From an uncultured Candidatus Saccharibacteria bacterium (GTDB taxonomy: Bacteria > Patescibacteriota > Minisyncoccia > Phycocordibacterales > UBA1006): a stretch of 64,000 nt of DNA. Shown here one piece after another: positions 30,740-41,613 of the stretch. The position numbers were made by a program, and so were the translations under genes. Under the pieces are notes generated by a model that did no database searches, was not told the DNA's origin, and saw only the letters and a program-made list of their open reading frames with translations. Location of the stretch: contig CAZROP010000001.1 in NCBI GenBank assembly GCA_964601935.1, positions 98,428 to 162,427 of the forward strand, written 5' to 3'. How positions within the stretch are numbered: the first letter of the stretch is position 1; each line of letters opens with the position of its first letter.

Positions 30740-31543
30740 TTAACTAACCTTTTCCAAGTATACAACCATGTACCGTCGTTTGTAGGGCTGACCTCCCCAT
30801 CGCTGATATCCGTGGGATTTGTGTAGCACGTGGATTTTGAAGTCGTCACCCCAGAACTCAACGAACGCTCGCTCTGTCCAAACGTGCTCGTATATACCAA
30901 TCATGGGATGTATATAGCTACCCTCCTCTCCTCCTGGGTGTTCTTTTATCATACGCTTTGCATGCTCATCACCTTCTCGCAGAAATGTTTTGATGAACAT
31001 AAATCCGCCAGGTCGCAACACGCGCAGAATTTCTTCTTTGTAATTGTTACGCTCAGCTTCGCGCAAACAGTGCGAAACCATCATATCCACAACCAAATCA
31101 CAGGAATCATCTGGTTCTGCTAGCACAGGTTCCGCTAGATTATGCACATAAAATTGCACAGGCAGCCCCCTACCCAATTGACGCGCAGTATCGATCGCAG
31201 CATCTGCCATATCGAACCCAACACCTTTCATCCCAAATTCACGAGCAAGATACACACTATTACGCCCATTTCCACAGCCAACATCCAAAAAACGCAACGT
31301 AGTGACATCTACATGATCCTGCTCTCGACGCATCCAGCGCATGAACTTTACCAATTCGCTGCCTTCTTTTTCCGAAAGTGAAAAATGATCTCCAGTTTTA
31401 TACTCGCGGTTCCAAAACTGACCACCCTGACGCGCGGAATGCTTGCCGCCAGAAACGCTCATTTTTGTCTGCCCTCCTCGGGCTGGGCGTGCTTCTCGGG
31501 CTTTTCTGTCAGCGCGGCCCTGTTTTTGTTGCTTTGTTCGCAT
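30740..31543 (-). CDS. Class I SAM-dependent methyltransferase
   Basis: FLDVGCGNGRN, DLVVD, RVLRPGG. Confidence 0.9.
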   Translation of the reverse strand: MRTKQQKQGRADRKAREARPARGGQTKMSVSGGKHSARQGGQFWNREYKTGDHFSLSEKEGSELVKFMRWMRREQDHVDVTTLRFLDVGCGNGRNSVYLAREFGMKGVGFDMADAAIDTARQLGRGLPVQFYVHNLAEPVLAEPDDSCDLVVDMMVSHCLREAERNNYKEEILRVLRPGGFMFIKTFLREGDEHAKRMIKEHPGGEEGSYIHPMIGIYEHVWTERAFVEFWGDDFKIHVLHKSHGYQRWGGQPYKRRYMVVYLEKVS

Positions 31544-31594
31544 ATACCCTGCACTATACACGTTTATTGACAGAATGAAAGATCGTTGGCAAGA

Positions 31595-32062
31595 CTAGGA
31601 GATCGCCTGCACCATGTCGGTAAACTCCTTCCACACAACATCAAACATTTCGTCTCCCATGGCATTAAATAAAGCACCGTCTTTGACATTGAACTGAACA
31701 GTATAATCGTTGGACGCATCCACGCCACGGTCTTCTTCCTCGAAAACGACCTCTACTGCACCCGGGCCCAACCTAGCATCAATCCTGCTCTGGAGAGTGC
31801 CTATACCCTGCAGAAATAGCTCTTGCTTACGAACACCATCGTTCTGACCATCCACATTATCCAATGAAAAGCTAAGATACGGGTATGCACCCCATTTATC
31901 GAAATGACCATAACAACTCCCGTGCGGACTAATAGGTATGTCGAGAAACAACTTCAAAAAAGGAATTAATCCCTGATCAATTTCAGGAGACTCGACTGCC
32001 CGCTGTAACTCGAGAGCTAGGTCTGGGTCTTTGACAAATGTAAGTGGAGCGAATTCTGACAT
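31595..32062 (-). CDS. Hypothetical protein
   Basis: 155-aa ORF filling the gap; IDQGLIP...SCYGH motif. Confidence 0.6.
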   Translation of the reverse strand: MSEFAPLTFVKDPDLALELQRAVESPEIDQGLIPFLKLFLDIPISPHGSCYGHFDKWGAYPYLSFSLDNVDGQNDGVRKQELFLQGIGTLQSRIDARLGPGAVEVVFEEEDRGVDASNDYTVQFNVKDGALFNAMGDEMFDVVWKEFTDMVQAIS

Positions 32063-32079
32063 ATAGAATACGTACTATA

Positions 32080-33453
32080 TTAGTTCAATCGTGAACGAAT
32101 ATCTGACACCATCTGGCTGACTGGTACACGGATTTGGTCACCTGTGTCACGATCACGGATAGTTACATCGTTATTTTCCAGACTATCAAAATCAATCACC
32201 ACACACATGGGTGTACCTATTTCGTCTTGACGGCGATAACGTTTTCCAATATTACCGTTATCATCATATAACACCCAACCAAATTCTTTTTTGAGTATAG
32301 AGAATACTTCACGCGCTTTCGACTGGAGTTCTGGTTTATTTTTCAACAATGGAGAAACACATACTTTGTATGGCGCGATGTGTGGCGGAAATTGTAGGTA
32401 TACACGAACGTCTTCGCCGCTCACCTCCTCGCGATATACACTGCACAATAATGCCAGTATCGCTCGGTCTAAACTCACAGTAGGTTCCAAAACATGCGGT
32501 AGAAATCGCGTTTTTGTTTCCTCTTCAAAAATACCCATGGTTACTCCTGAAAACTGTTCATGCTGATTAAGATCGAAGTCTCCGCGATGTGCCAACCCTG
32601 TCAATTCCTTGACTCCAAACGGATATTCAAATTCTAGATCAACTGTTTTTTTACTGTAGTGCGCGCGAGCTGTTGATGGGTGCTCCAATGGACGCAATTT
32701 ATCTTGCGGAATACCGATACTTTCCAGCCATGTTTTTTGTTCTTCCAAGAAGTTGTCAAACAATGCATCCCAGTCAGCATCAGGATGAATAAAATATTCA
32801 AACTCCATTATTTCGAACTCACGCATGCGATAAATGAAATCCCGAGGAGTAATTTCATTACGAAAAGCTTTACCAATTTGTGCGATACCGAAAGGTAGCT
32901 TCGGTGAAAATGTATCCAGTATATTTTTGAAATTAACAAACATATTTTGCGCCTCCTCAGGACGCAAGAAGGTTGATACTGCAGTTTCTTCAACCGCACC
33001 TACTTTTGTCTCCAGCATTAGATTGAACTTTCGCACCTCTGAAAGTTTGTTACCCTCAGGACTCCTGAGCCCTAGCTCTAGTATCTTTTCCTCCATCTCC
33101 GCTATGGTCATTTTCTCGGCATCAACACCTGCTTCTTCTAATAGGTGATCAGCACGATAACGTTTTTTGGTTACCAAATCATCAACTAATGGATCGATAA
33201 ACTCACTAGTATGCCCCGATGCTTCCCATACCTGGGGATGTAGTAGTATAGGAGTATCGATTAGATACATATTTTCTCGCGACTTAACAAAGTAGTTAAT
33301 CCAAGATTGTTGGATATTATTTTTCAACAACGAACCCAATGGTCCGTAGTCATAGGTACCCGCCAATCCGCCATATATCTCTGACCCCTGAAATACGAAC
33401 CCGCGGCGTTTACATAGGGACACTATCTTTTCCATTAGGTTCTCAATGCTCAT
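32080..33453 (-). CDS. glyQS: Glycine--tRNA ligase (alpha2 type)
   Basis: LCKRRGFVF...YDYGPLG, LRPE, GKAFRNEITP, IGKRYRRQDEIGTP. Confidence 0.97.
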   Translation of the reverse strand: MSIENLMEKIVSLCKRRGFVFQGSEIYGGLAGTYDYGPLGSLLKNNIQQSWINYFVKSRENMYLIDTPILLHPQVWEASGHTSEFIDPLVDDLVTKKRYRADHLLEEAGVDAEKMTIAEMEEKILELGLRSPEGNKLSEVRKFNLMLETKVGAVEETAVSTFLRPEEAQNMFVNFKNILDTFSPKLPFGIAQIGKAFRNEITPRDFIYRMREFEIMEFEYFIHPDADWDALFDNFLEEQKTWLESIGIPQDKLRPLEHPSTARAHYSKKTVDLEFEYPFGVKELTGLAHRGDFDLNQHEQFSGVTMGIFEEETKTRFLPHVLEPTVSLDRAILALLCSVYREEVSGEDVRVYLQFPPHIAPYKVCVSPLLKNKPELQSKAREVFSILKKEFGWVLYDDNGNIGKRYRRQDEIGTPMCVVIDFDSLENNDVTIRDRDTGDQIRVPVSQMVSDIRSRLN

Positions 33454-33514
33454 AGAATGACAGTATACTCATGAAATCGCTGTTTAGCAAAGGAATATAG
33501 GGCATTCTATCCAT

Positions 33515-33543
33515 TTGTCATGCACTATTATACGTGATATAGT
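33515..33543 (+). promoter_or_regulatory. Promoter of nusA
   Basis: TTGTCA-17-TATAGT. Confidence 0.6.
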
Positions 33544-33652
33544 ATCTTCTGACACCATATACTCGTCGTATGTGATGCAATCATTAACAATCTAAATATT
33601 ACACACTAGTCTATCCCGACTCAAAACCGGGCGTATAGATCACAATTTCAAT

Positions 33653-34921
33653 ATGAATCTCATTGATATAAAGGCCCTCCACCTCCTGATGGACCAACTA
33701 GAAGAAGAAAAACGCATACCAAAGGCACGCCTCCTGGAGGCCGTCGAAAATGCACTGGCCGCAGCGTACAAAAAGGATTTTGGTAAGCGTGACCAGATCA
33801 TTCGCTGTACTCTGAATATGGATACAGGTGAAAGTACTTTTGTTCAGGTCAAAACAGTTGCAGACGAAACAACTATCTGGAACGAAAGTCCTGACGGCGA
33901 AGAACCCGAAATCGCAGAGGATGACCCTCGAGTAAAATTCAACAGTGAACGTCACATCATGATCCAAAATGCACGCCTCATGAAATCATCCGTCGAAGTG
34001 GGCGATGAAATCGTATTTCCTTTGGACGACCCAGAAGAGTCATTCGGACGCGTAGCAGCACAGACCGCAAAGCAGGTTATTATCCAAAAACTCCGCGAAG
34101 CAGAACGTCATTCAATCAGCGATGAATATCATGACAAAGAGGGTGAGATTGTAACAGGTGTTATCCAGCGCTATGAACGTGGCAATGTCTATGTCGACCT
34201 AGGTCGTGCAATCGGCATCATGAGTCGTGACGAAGCAATCCCAGGGGAGTTCTACAACCCGGGACGACATATCAAGGTATATCTATACCGTGTCGATGAT
34301 TCCCGAGGACTACAGCTACGATTATCACGCGCACATCCAGAATTTTTGAAGAAACTGTTTTCTAATGAATCACCAGAAATTGCAAATGGTGTCGTGGAGA
34401 TAAAATCAATCGCACGCGAACCAGGCAGCAAAACGAAAATAGCAGTAGCATCCAACGATCCATCTATTGATCCAGTCGGAGCATGCGTCGGACAAAAAGG
34501 CGTGCGCGTCATTGCGGTATCAACAGAACTCAACGGTGAGCGTGTAGACATCGTTCCGTGGTCCGAAGATAACGCAGAATTTATTGCAGCATCACTGAGT
34601 CCAGCAGAGCCAATCGAGCTCACTCTCGACGAGGACAACATGGCAGCAGAGGTTGTCGTTCCAACACACCAGCTATCACTGGCGATTGGACGTGGCGGAC
34701 AAAATGCACGCCTCGCAGCACGACTAACAGGATGGAAGATTGATATAGTAGGTGACGGCAGTGCGCCGGACCAGACAGAACCTGAAACCAAAAAAGAGGC
34801 AGAGTTCGAAATCGTTGAGGAGTCACAGCCTACCGAAGAGATAACGGAGATTACTAATGAAGCGACCGCTCCAGCAGAAGAGGTTGCTGACAAGAGTGAA
34901 GTAGTAGGAAAAGAAGATTAA
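33653..34921 (+). CDS. nusA: Transcription factor NusA
   Basis: FGRVAAQTAKQVIIQK, AREPGSKTKIAV, LSLAIGRGGQNARLAARLTGWKIDI. Confidence 0.98.
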   Translation: MNLIDIKALHLLMDQLEEEKRIPKARLLEAVENALAAAYKKDFGKRDQIIRCTLNMDTGESTFVQVKTVADETTIWNESPDGEEPEIAEDDPRVKFNSERHIMIQNARLMKSSVEVGDEIVFPLDDPEESFGRVAAQTAKQVIIQKLREAERHSISDEYHDKEGEIVTGVIQRYERGNVYVDLGRAIGIMSRDEAIPGEFYNPGRHIKVYLYRVDDSRGLQLRLSRAHPEFLKKLFSNESPEIANGVVEIKSIAREPGSKTKIAVASNDPSIDPVGACVGQKGVRVIAVSTELNGERVDIVPWSEDNAEFIAASLSPAEPIELTLDEDNMAAEVVVPTHQLSLAIGRGGQNARLAARLTGWKIDIVGDGSAPDQTEPETKKEAEFEIVEESQPTEEITEITNEATAPAEEVADKSEVVGKED

Positions 34922-34949
34922 TTACATTAACTGATAACTATACAACTCT

Positions 34950-35537
34950 ATGGCAAATGTAGACCTACCAATTACCAAAACCACGCCTAACCTATTGCAT
35001 GCGTTAGCACCCTTTGCTAACGAAGAAAAAGGAGTACTAAATGGACTGATAGAAATCAATTCTGGCAGCATCAACAAGTATGAATTCATTACGGAAACAG
35101 GTCACCTAAAACTGGACCGTGTTGGATATTCTAGCCTCACCTACCCTGTTGCCTACGGACTAATACCACAAACCTGGGATCAGGACGGGGATATGCTGGA
35201 TTTCATCATTGCGAATGTTACCGAACCCCTAGTTCCCGGATCTCTGGCAGAGGTACGTATAATCGGTATCATGAAGTTCGAAGACGGCGGAGAGATCGAC
35301 GACAAAATTATCACCGTACTAGCGGATGATAAGCGTATGGATCATATCACCAGCTACACTGATTTGGGTCCGCACTGGGAAAAAGAAACAGGACACTACT
35401 TTGAAATGTACAAACACTTGAAAAAGCCTGGCACCTGCAAAGTCCTCGGCTTCTACGACACTACAGAAGCGATCAAAACAATTCATGAATGTATTGAACG
35501 ATACAATACCGAAATACTGCCGAAAGTTCAGGAATAA
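34950..35537 (+). CDS. ppa: Inorganic pyrophosphatase (family I)
   Basis: NKYE...LDR...YPVAYGLIPQT...DGDMLD...DDKII...YKHL. Confidence 0.93.
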   Translation: MANVDLPITKTTPNLLHALAPFANEEKGVLNGLIEINSGSINKYEFITETGHLKLDRVGYSSLTYPVAYGLIPQTWDQDGDMLDFIIANVTEPLVPGSLAEVRIIGIMKFEDGGEIDDKIITVLADDKRMDHITSYTDLGPHWEKETGHYFEMYKHLKKPGTCKVLGFYDTTEAIKTIHECIERYNTEILPKVQE

Positions 35538-35559
35538 AAGAAGAGGCGCTACACAACAT

Positions 35560-35586
35560 AAAACCAGCTGAGATTCAGCTGGTTTT
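35560..35586 (+). terminator. Terminator after ppa
   Basis: AAAACCAGCTGA-GAT-TCAGCTGGTTTT. Confidence 0.75.
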
Positions 35587-35652
35587 ATGTTTGCAAAAAC
35601 TCATACATCTGATAATCTTGCGAGTAACTCTAAACACTTAAATCAGAAAGTA

Positions 35653-36003
35653 ATGGAACATTCAAAGACAATCAAGCTCCTGCGACAGTTACGGTGCAAA
35701 ATTCAAAGTGACAAAGAAAAGCTGGACAAAAAACTGGCTAGCCTACAGGCCGAATGCCCACATCCGGAAGTTCTCTGGCTAGCCAGGGAAGGATATCGCA
35801 CATACGCCCTATGCTTGATCTGTGGCGTCCATCATGAGGGAGATGAAGCTGCCAAATTCTTGGAAGAAGACGAGATATCCTGTACTATTACACTATGGAA
35901 GCCTCGTAGTCCAAGCGCCTTCTCTCTTCTTCAGGAGGTATTTGAAAAAGGAGGATACCCGACAGAAGCTGAGATTGCTGCCGCGAAAGGACCCAAGATA
36001 TAA
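35653..36003 (+). CDS. Hypothetical coiled-coil / Zn-binding protein
   Basis: Coiled coil then CPH...CLICG. Confidence 0.55.
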   Translation: MEHSKTIKLLRQLRCKIQSDKEKLDKKLASLQAECPHPEVLWLAREGYRTYALCLICGVHHEGDEAAKFLEEDEISCTITLWKPRSPSAFSLLQEVFEKGGYPTEAEIAAAKGPKI

Positions 36004-36033
36004 CAGGGTAATTTGTAGGCCATTCAAAATACC

Positions 36034-36063
36034 AAAAAGTACGAGAGAGATCTCGTACTTTTT
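36034..36063. terminator. Bidirectional terminator
   Basis: AAAAAGTACGAGA-GAGA-TCTCGTACTTTTT. Confidence 0.75.
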
Positions 36064-36079
36064 CTTTTATAGAACGTCC

Positions 36080-38545
36080 CTACATCAACGCAATACTCGC
36101 AACCGAATCCCCTTCACGCAGCTTCATAATACGAACACCCTGTGTGGTGCGACCCAATGTTGGAATACCAGTAATAGGTGTACGCACCACCTGACCCTTG
36201 CCGGACATTGCTATCAATTCGTGCGCATCCGCGCTGATAATAGCAGCACCTACCAATGCACCAGTTTTATCTGTGACATTGAATGTACCCACACCACTGC
36301 CACCACGACCCTGAACCTTGTACTCGTTCAATTCGGTCATTTTGCCATATCCATGAGTTGATATAACCATTAGCTTCTCCTTCTTATTCTCGTTACTGAC
36401 ACATACGGCAGCAACCAATCTATCGCCCTTCAAGGTCATACCCTTCACGCCTGCAGCCGTGCGACCCATGACACGAACCTCTGATACTGGGAATCGTATG
36501 GACTGTGCCTGACTGGTGACCAATAGCATTTCATGGGTTTCTGCAACAATATGCGCTGCCAGTAATTCGTCCTTTGGGTCTAGATCAATCACAGTTGTAC
36601 CCGACTTGCGGACACTGGTGACATGTGACATATCGGTACGTTTGGTAATACCCTGCGCTGTAACCAACATGAGCGACAACCCCTCTAGGCCTTTCACATC
36701 TTTGGGTATTTCCAATATAGAGGTAATACGCTCTGACGCCATGAGCGGCAATAAACTTTGGATTGCCTTCCCCTTGGTAGATTTTTTGCCCTCTGGGATA
36801 TCGTACATTTTGACACTATAGGCACGTCCTCGATCGGTAAAGAATATAATATCGCTATGAGTGCTGCCCACAATAGTGTGTGCTATTACGTCATCTTCTT
36901 TGGTGTCCAGATCTCCTACCCCTACTCCACCACGTTTTTGTGATTTGTATTCGCTGGGGTCAGTACGTTTTATATAGCCATCGGCAGTCATCACACACAC
37001 TGCCTCTGCATCTGGAACCAGATCTTCGTCTGTCATAATGCCGAGCGGCTTCTTGTGGATTTTGGTACGACGCTCATCTGCAATCTGGCTGCGCAGTACC
37101 ATGATCTCATCTTTGATGACATTCTTCATTTTTGTCTTACTTTCCAACAATCCCTCGAAGTATTTAATCAGCTTCATCTTCTCTGCCAATTCGTCTTCGA
37201 TTTTTTTACGCTCCAAACCAACCAAACGCTGCAAACGCATTTCCAATATTGCAACAGCTTGAATGTCGGAAAACTTGAACTTTGCGATCAACTTACCTTT
37301 TGCCTCTTCGGTATCTTTGGATGCACGAATGATTTTTATCACTTCATCGATGTGATCCAGTGCCTTCTTGAATCCCTCCAAAATATGTGCTCGTTCACGC
37401 GTACGCGCCAAATCATGTTCAGTGCGCCGACGAACCACCTCGAATCTGTGTTGAATAAAATGATATAGCATTTCACGCAATGACAACGTCTCGGGCACAC
37501 CATGAACCAACGCCGTCATATTGTAGTTAAAGTTTGACTGCAGATCGGTATGTTTGTAAATGTAATTCAGTATCTTGTCAGGAATAAATCCCGATCGAAC
37601 TTCTATAACAATGCGTGTTTCATCTGTTGACTCGTCACGGATATCTTTGATGCCTTTGAGCTTCTTTTCATTTACCAAATCAGCAACCTTGATAATCAGA
37701 TCAGATCGTACTACACGGAATGGTATAGAAGTAATGATTATTTCTGCCTTGCCGCTCTTGCTGGTTTCTATCACTGCCTCGCCACGACAGGTAACGGCAC
37801 CGCGTCCCGTAGTATACGCACGAACAATATCATCTCTATTATACGCAATACCTCCTACTGGGAAATCAGGACCTTTTACAAATTCCAACAGCTCTTCAGT
37901 ACTAGCATTAGGGTTATCCAGCATGTGCACTACAGCATCTATTACCTCGCCTGCGTTATGCGGAGGAATATTACATGCCATACCGACCGCAATACCCAGT
38001 GTCCCGTTCAACAACAAGGCCGGCACACCAGCAGGAAGTACCTTTGGTTCACGTTCACTACCGTCGTAGTTAGGGATGAAATCTACCGTGCTCTTTTCTA
38101 TATCGCGCAGCAGGATTTCTCCTGTGCGGGACATTTTTGCCTCGGTATAACGCATAGCAGCAGCGTTATCTCCATCCATAGACCCAAAGTTTCCCTGTCC
38201 CAGCACGAGCGGATGGCGATAGGAGAAAATCTGCGCCATGTTGACCATTGCGTCATATACGGACGTGTCGCCATGCGGATGGTACTTACCCAACACTTCT
38301 CCTACAACCTTTGCGGATTTGGTAAATCGCCCGCCCGGCATCAAACCCATTTTGTACATTGCGTACAGAATACGACGATGAACAGGCTTTAGACCGTCAC
38401 GGACATCAGGCAACGCACGCGAGGTGATGACGGACATCGAATATTCGATGAATGACTTTCGCATTTCATCGACAATTTCCATTCCCACTATCTTGTCGTG
38501 CCTTATAAGTTCTATTGTTGATTCTGGTGCAGATTTTCTAGCCAT
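36080..38545 (-). CDS. gyrA: DNA gyrase subunit A
   Basis: [29 protein letters not shown], GyrA-box QKRGGVG. Confidence 0.97.
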   Translation of the reverse strand: MARKSAPESTIELIRHDKIVGMEIVDEMRKSFIEYSMSVITSRALPDVRDGLKPVHRRILYAMYKMGLMPGGRFTKSAKVVGEVLGKYHPHGDTSVYDAMVNMAQIFSYRHPLVLGQGNFGSMDGDNAAAMRYTEAKMSRTGEILLRDIEKSTVDFIPNYDGSEREPKVLPAGVPALLLNGTLGIAVGMACNIPPHNAGEVIDAVVHMLDNPNASTEELLEFVKGPDFPVGGIAYNRDDIVRAYTTGRGAVTCRGEAVIETSKSGKAEIIITSIPFRVVRSDLIIKVADLVNEKKLKGIKDIRDESTDETRIVIEVRSGFIPDKILNYIYKHTDLQSNFNYNMTALVHGVPETLSLREMLYHFIQHRFEVVRRRTEHDLARTRERAHILEGFKKALDHIDEVIKIIRASKDTEEAKGKLIAKFKFSDIQAVAILEMRLQRLVGLERKKIEDELAEKMKLIKYFEGLLESKTKMKNVIKDEIMVLRSQIADERRTKIHKKPLGIMTDEDLVPDAEAVCVMTADGYIKRTDPSEYKSQKRGGVGVGDLDTKEDDVIAHTIVGSTHSDIIFFTDRGRAYSVKMYDIPEGKKSTKGKAIQSLLPLMASERITSILEIPKDVKGLEGLSLMLVTAQGITKRTDMSHVTSVRKSGTTVIDLDPKDELLAAHIVAETHEMLLVTSQAQSIRFPVSEVRVMGRTAAGVKGMTLKGDRLVAAVCVSNENKKEKLMVISTHGYGKMTELNEYKVQGRGGSGVGTFNVTDKTGALVGAAIISADAHELIAMSGKGQVVRTPITGIPTLGRTTQGVRIMKLREGDSVASIALM

Positions 38546-38548
38546 ATA

Positions 38549-39172
38549 TTACAGAGAAAGAAGTCTAATAGATTTCGACAAAGGTTCAACGTCTTTGCGC
38601 TTTATGGTGATTTTATCCTCTCCAGAATCTGACTTAATCCCATGTTCTTTCAGAAATCCAGTTAAACCAGCATCTGTCGTGTTCCAAAATCCCACAGGCA
38701 CAATAATATGCGGATCGATAAAGCTCATGAGGCTATGCGTATCTGCTAGTCTCTCGCCATCAATAGGTAAGACTAAGATATCCGTATCAGCAAACAATTC
38801 TGATGTTTCAGTTGATAATTCATCTCGTGCAACGATGCTGCCCAATATGCATACACGGATATCATCCATGGTGAACGAATACAGCGTAGCAGACTGCTGG
38901 GTGTCATTAGATTCTCGCCCTAGCTGTTCCCCGTGAACGGTATAACCGTGGTATTCATACGACCCAGGACCATCAATGATAAATGGCTCGCTATCTCCTT
39001 GTGTCACGCTGCCTAGCGCATGATGCTCGGGAGCAAAGGACGAGCACAGGACCATAGACGCACCAATACGCTGGGATTTTTGACCGTGTGGCGGCTGCGA
39101 TGGGTTACTGACGATGACCATATCGCCTGTTTGGAATTTGACTGTATTGCCGCCGTGAAATGAAATAATCAT
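38549..39172 (-). CDS. Metallo-beta-lactamase-fold protein (degenerate)
   Basis: IDGPGSYEY...DILVLPI...IDPHIIVP; His metal ligands poorly kept. Confidence 0.7.
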   Translation of the reverse strand: MIISFHGGNTVKFQTGDMVIVSNPSQPPHGQKSQRIGASMVLCSSFAPEHHALGSVTQGDSEPFIIDGPGSYEYHGYTVHGEQLGRESNDTQQSATLYSFTMDDIRVCILGSIVARDELSTETSELFADTDILVLPIDGERLADTHSLMSFIDPHIIVPVGFWNTTDAGLTGFLKEHGIKSDSGEDKITIKRKDVEPLSKSIRLLSL

Positions 39173-39239
39173 AGATATATGTGTTTAACTGAGACCCACA
39201 GTATACCAAATTAGCTCTGATTGCGATATACTAAAGTCT

Positions 39240-40127
39240 ATGACGATAGAAAACACCATAAACGGTATTACTTGGATAGACTTGACAGAGCCCGCCCCAG
39301 AAGATCTAGCCCGTGTTCTGTCCGATTATAATATCACTATCCCTAGCGAAACAATTCTTGACTTTGAAATGCTGCCCCAATTGCTGTCCGAGCAGGCTAC
39401 TACCTACTGTATTCTGCGGTTTCCTCGACTCTACCAAAGCACTACTGAAAAGCACCGCACGAGCTTCGAACTGGATTGTCTAATTTCTAAAAACTTACTG
39501 ATATCTATCCACGATATTCCGCTCTTTGAAGTCTCTAACGTTATTGATAAACATAACGCGTCAAGTGCCTTGAACCCACCTAGTTCATCGTTGAGTCTGT
39601 TTGGTATTCTGATTGCGGAATTTTTTACCACAGTGCGCAAACAGCTACATAATATTACCAACCAATTAGAAGAAGTTGAATCAGAGATTTATTCCGACTA
39701 TCATACAACAAAGACCCTGGGCAAGATTGCAAAAATAGCAAAACACTTGATTGATGTAGAACGATCAGTGCATGCAAGTGCGCCCGTTATGCAACAGGTA
39801 TCGAGACACAACGAGCAAGAACAGAGTAAGAATATTACAATCGCTGTAGAGCTGTTTAGCGAGCTGAAATCTCTGCTGGATACCAACCGAATTATCTTGG
39901 ATGAATTGCGACGCACACACCAAAATCTTATAGCTCAAAATACTACCCAGGCGGTACGCAACCTCACTATTATTACCTTTTTAACACTACCTATTAGTGT
40001 TTTAGTAGATACCATGAATATATATCACAGCCCTCTCACGGCGGGTGTTCGTACACTGCTGCTGTTTAGCATCGTTGTTATAACCATGATTTTAATCGTT
40101 TACTTCCGCGGACGAAGGTTATTGTAA
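39240..40127 (+). CDS. CorA-family divalent cation transporter (divergent)
   Basis: WIDLTEP, long helices, two C-terminal TMs; TMN instead of GMN. Confidence 0.8.
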   Translation: MTIENTINGITWIDLTEPAPEDLARVLSDYNITIPSETILDFEMLPQLLSEQATTYCILRFPRLYQSTTEKHRTSFELDCLISKNLLISIHDIPLFEVSNVIDKHNASSALNPPSSSLSLFGILIAEFFTTVRKQLHNITNQLEEVESEIYSDYHTTKTLGKIAKIAKHLIDVERSVHASAPVMQQVSRHNEQEQSKNITIAVELFSELKSLLDTNRIILDELRRTHQNLIAQNTTQAVRNLTIITFLTLPISVLVDTMNIYHSPLTAGVRTLLLFSIVVITMILIVYFRGRRLL

Positions 40128-40198
40128 ACACAAGTCAAAGTTTGTACGCAAAAATCAGAAAACTATTTGAGCCGTCAGACAAGTATGACTGCTGTAAA

Positions 40199-40996
40199 TT
40201 AAAATAATTTGCGATATGCAGTGTACAGAGCAATTGCACCAGCTACCGAAACATTTAAGGACTCTACTGCCGGTGACATAGGTATAGATAATATTACGTC
40301 GCAGTTTTTGCGTACACCTTCGCGCACACCATCACCTTCCGAACCAACCACGATAACAGTTGGTGTATCGAATATATATGAATCTATCGGCATTGCTGAC
40401 TCTCCTGCTAATCCAGCAATCCAAAATCCTTTTGATTTTAATGTATCGAGCGCCTGTGAAATATTGCCGACACGTACAACAGGAATATCAAATATTGTTC
40501 CTGCGCTGGCACGAGCAACTACCCCGGTAACCCCTGCCTGCTCATGCTCTGCAATAACCACTGCAGCACAACCAAACGCGACCGCGCTGCGAATCAGCGC
40601 TCCTACGTTCTGTGGATCCTGCACCTGATCGAGGACGAGCACTAGTTTCGCCTCTGACGAAATTGACTCAATCGGAGAATACGGGAAACCTGGGATCTCT
40701 GCAACAATTCCCTGGTGTATAGCTCCACGGGATTTTTTGTCCAGCTCAGCCTCTTTTGCGATATGTAAAGGGCCTTTATATCCAACCGAACGCGCAAACT
40801 CACGCATATCCGCAACCAGGCTTTCACGAACCATAACAGAGCTGGTTAATAACGGGTATACAGTCAACAGACGACGTACTGCATGTACACCGAATAGCGT
40901 GACAGCGCCGTATTGTGATGCGCTACCTGTGCGAATCATTCTGGTAGGCTTCTTGTTATTATAGCCTGATCGAGGCTTAGGACGTGATAGTGACAT
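40199..40996 (-). CDS. rlmB: 23S rRNA 2'-O-methyltransferase, TrmH/RlmB family
   Basis: LDQVQDPQNVGALIRSA, GSEGDG, ESLNVSVA. Confidence 0.9.
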   Translation of the reverse strand: MSLSRPKPRSGYNNKKPTRMIRTGSASQYGAVTLFGVHAVRRLLTVYPLLTSSVMVRESLVADMREFARSVGYKGPLHIAKEAELDKKSRGAIHQGIVAEIPGFPYSPIESISSEAKLVLVLDQVQDPQNVGALIRSAVAFGCAAVVIAEHEQAGVTGVVARASAGTIFDIPVVRVGNISQALDTLKSKGFWIAGLAGESAMPIDSYIFDTPTVIVVGSEGDGVREGVRKNCDVILSIPMSPAVESLNVSVAGAIALYTAYRKLF

Positions 40997-41091
40997 AATG
41001 ATGTAGATTATACACATAACTGTCAATACCACAAGGTCAGCCCTCATCGAGCGCAAAGCAAGGGTCTTATTTCCCGAAACGAGACTTTCTT

Positions 41092-41613
41092 TTAATTATT
41101 ACGAACCATCCTATACATGAGCCAGCCCAGCCCTGCGCCCACCAGTATATCCAATAACGAGTGGTATCCTACAACGATACGCGCCAACAGTAGCGAGGAA
41201 ACAAATACCCAGCCCGCTACTACTAGCCATTGTTTGTGAATTTTCTTTTCAAGTATTAAGCCTATATATACAAAAAGCGCAGCATGTGCAGAAGGAAACG
41301 ATGATACTGGATCCAGCAAACCAATAGAAACTCCTAGCTCAGCGGCAGGACGCGTCACGCCTGTAAAGTATTTTAGAAATAGAACAAACAAAAGCAGTAT
41401 TGTACCTCCCACCACATACTGTGTGCACAACCTGATGGCACGAGCTCGGTGCTGTGAACTCCCCCTGTTGGATTCTTTGAAGACTAACCAAACGGCAAGT
41501 AGCGATACTACGAATAAACAAAAAATATCAAAACCATTGGTCAAGATTTTAGAAACTAGCGAGCTATCAAATAACCTCAGATACTCATGGAGAGCTATAT
41601 AGTGCGCATTCAT
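41092..41613 (-). CDS. PAP2-family phosphatase
   Basis: K-x6-RP, SFPSAHA, ARIVVGYH-x2-DI. Confidence 0.88.
   Translation of the reverse strand: MNAHYIALHEYLRLFDSSLVSKILTNGFDIFCLFVVSLLAVWLVFKESNRGSSQHRARAIRLCTQYVVGGTILLLFVLFLKYFTGVTRPAAELGVSIGLLDPVSSFPSAHAALFVYIGLILEKKIHKQWLVVAGWVFVSSLLLARIVVGYHSLLDILVGAGLGWLMYRMVRNN

Noticed and set aside
36080-38545. Topoisomerase IV ParC or an acquired quinolone-resistance allele
   Set aside because: The GyrA-box QKRGGVG is present, and Thr at the Ser83-equivalent position is a natural variant in several bacteria.
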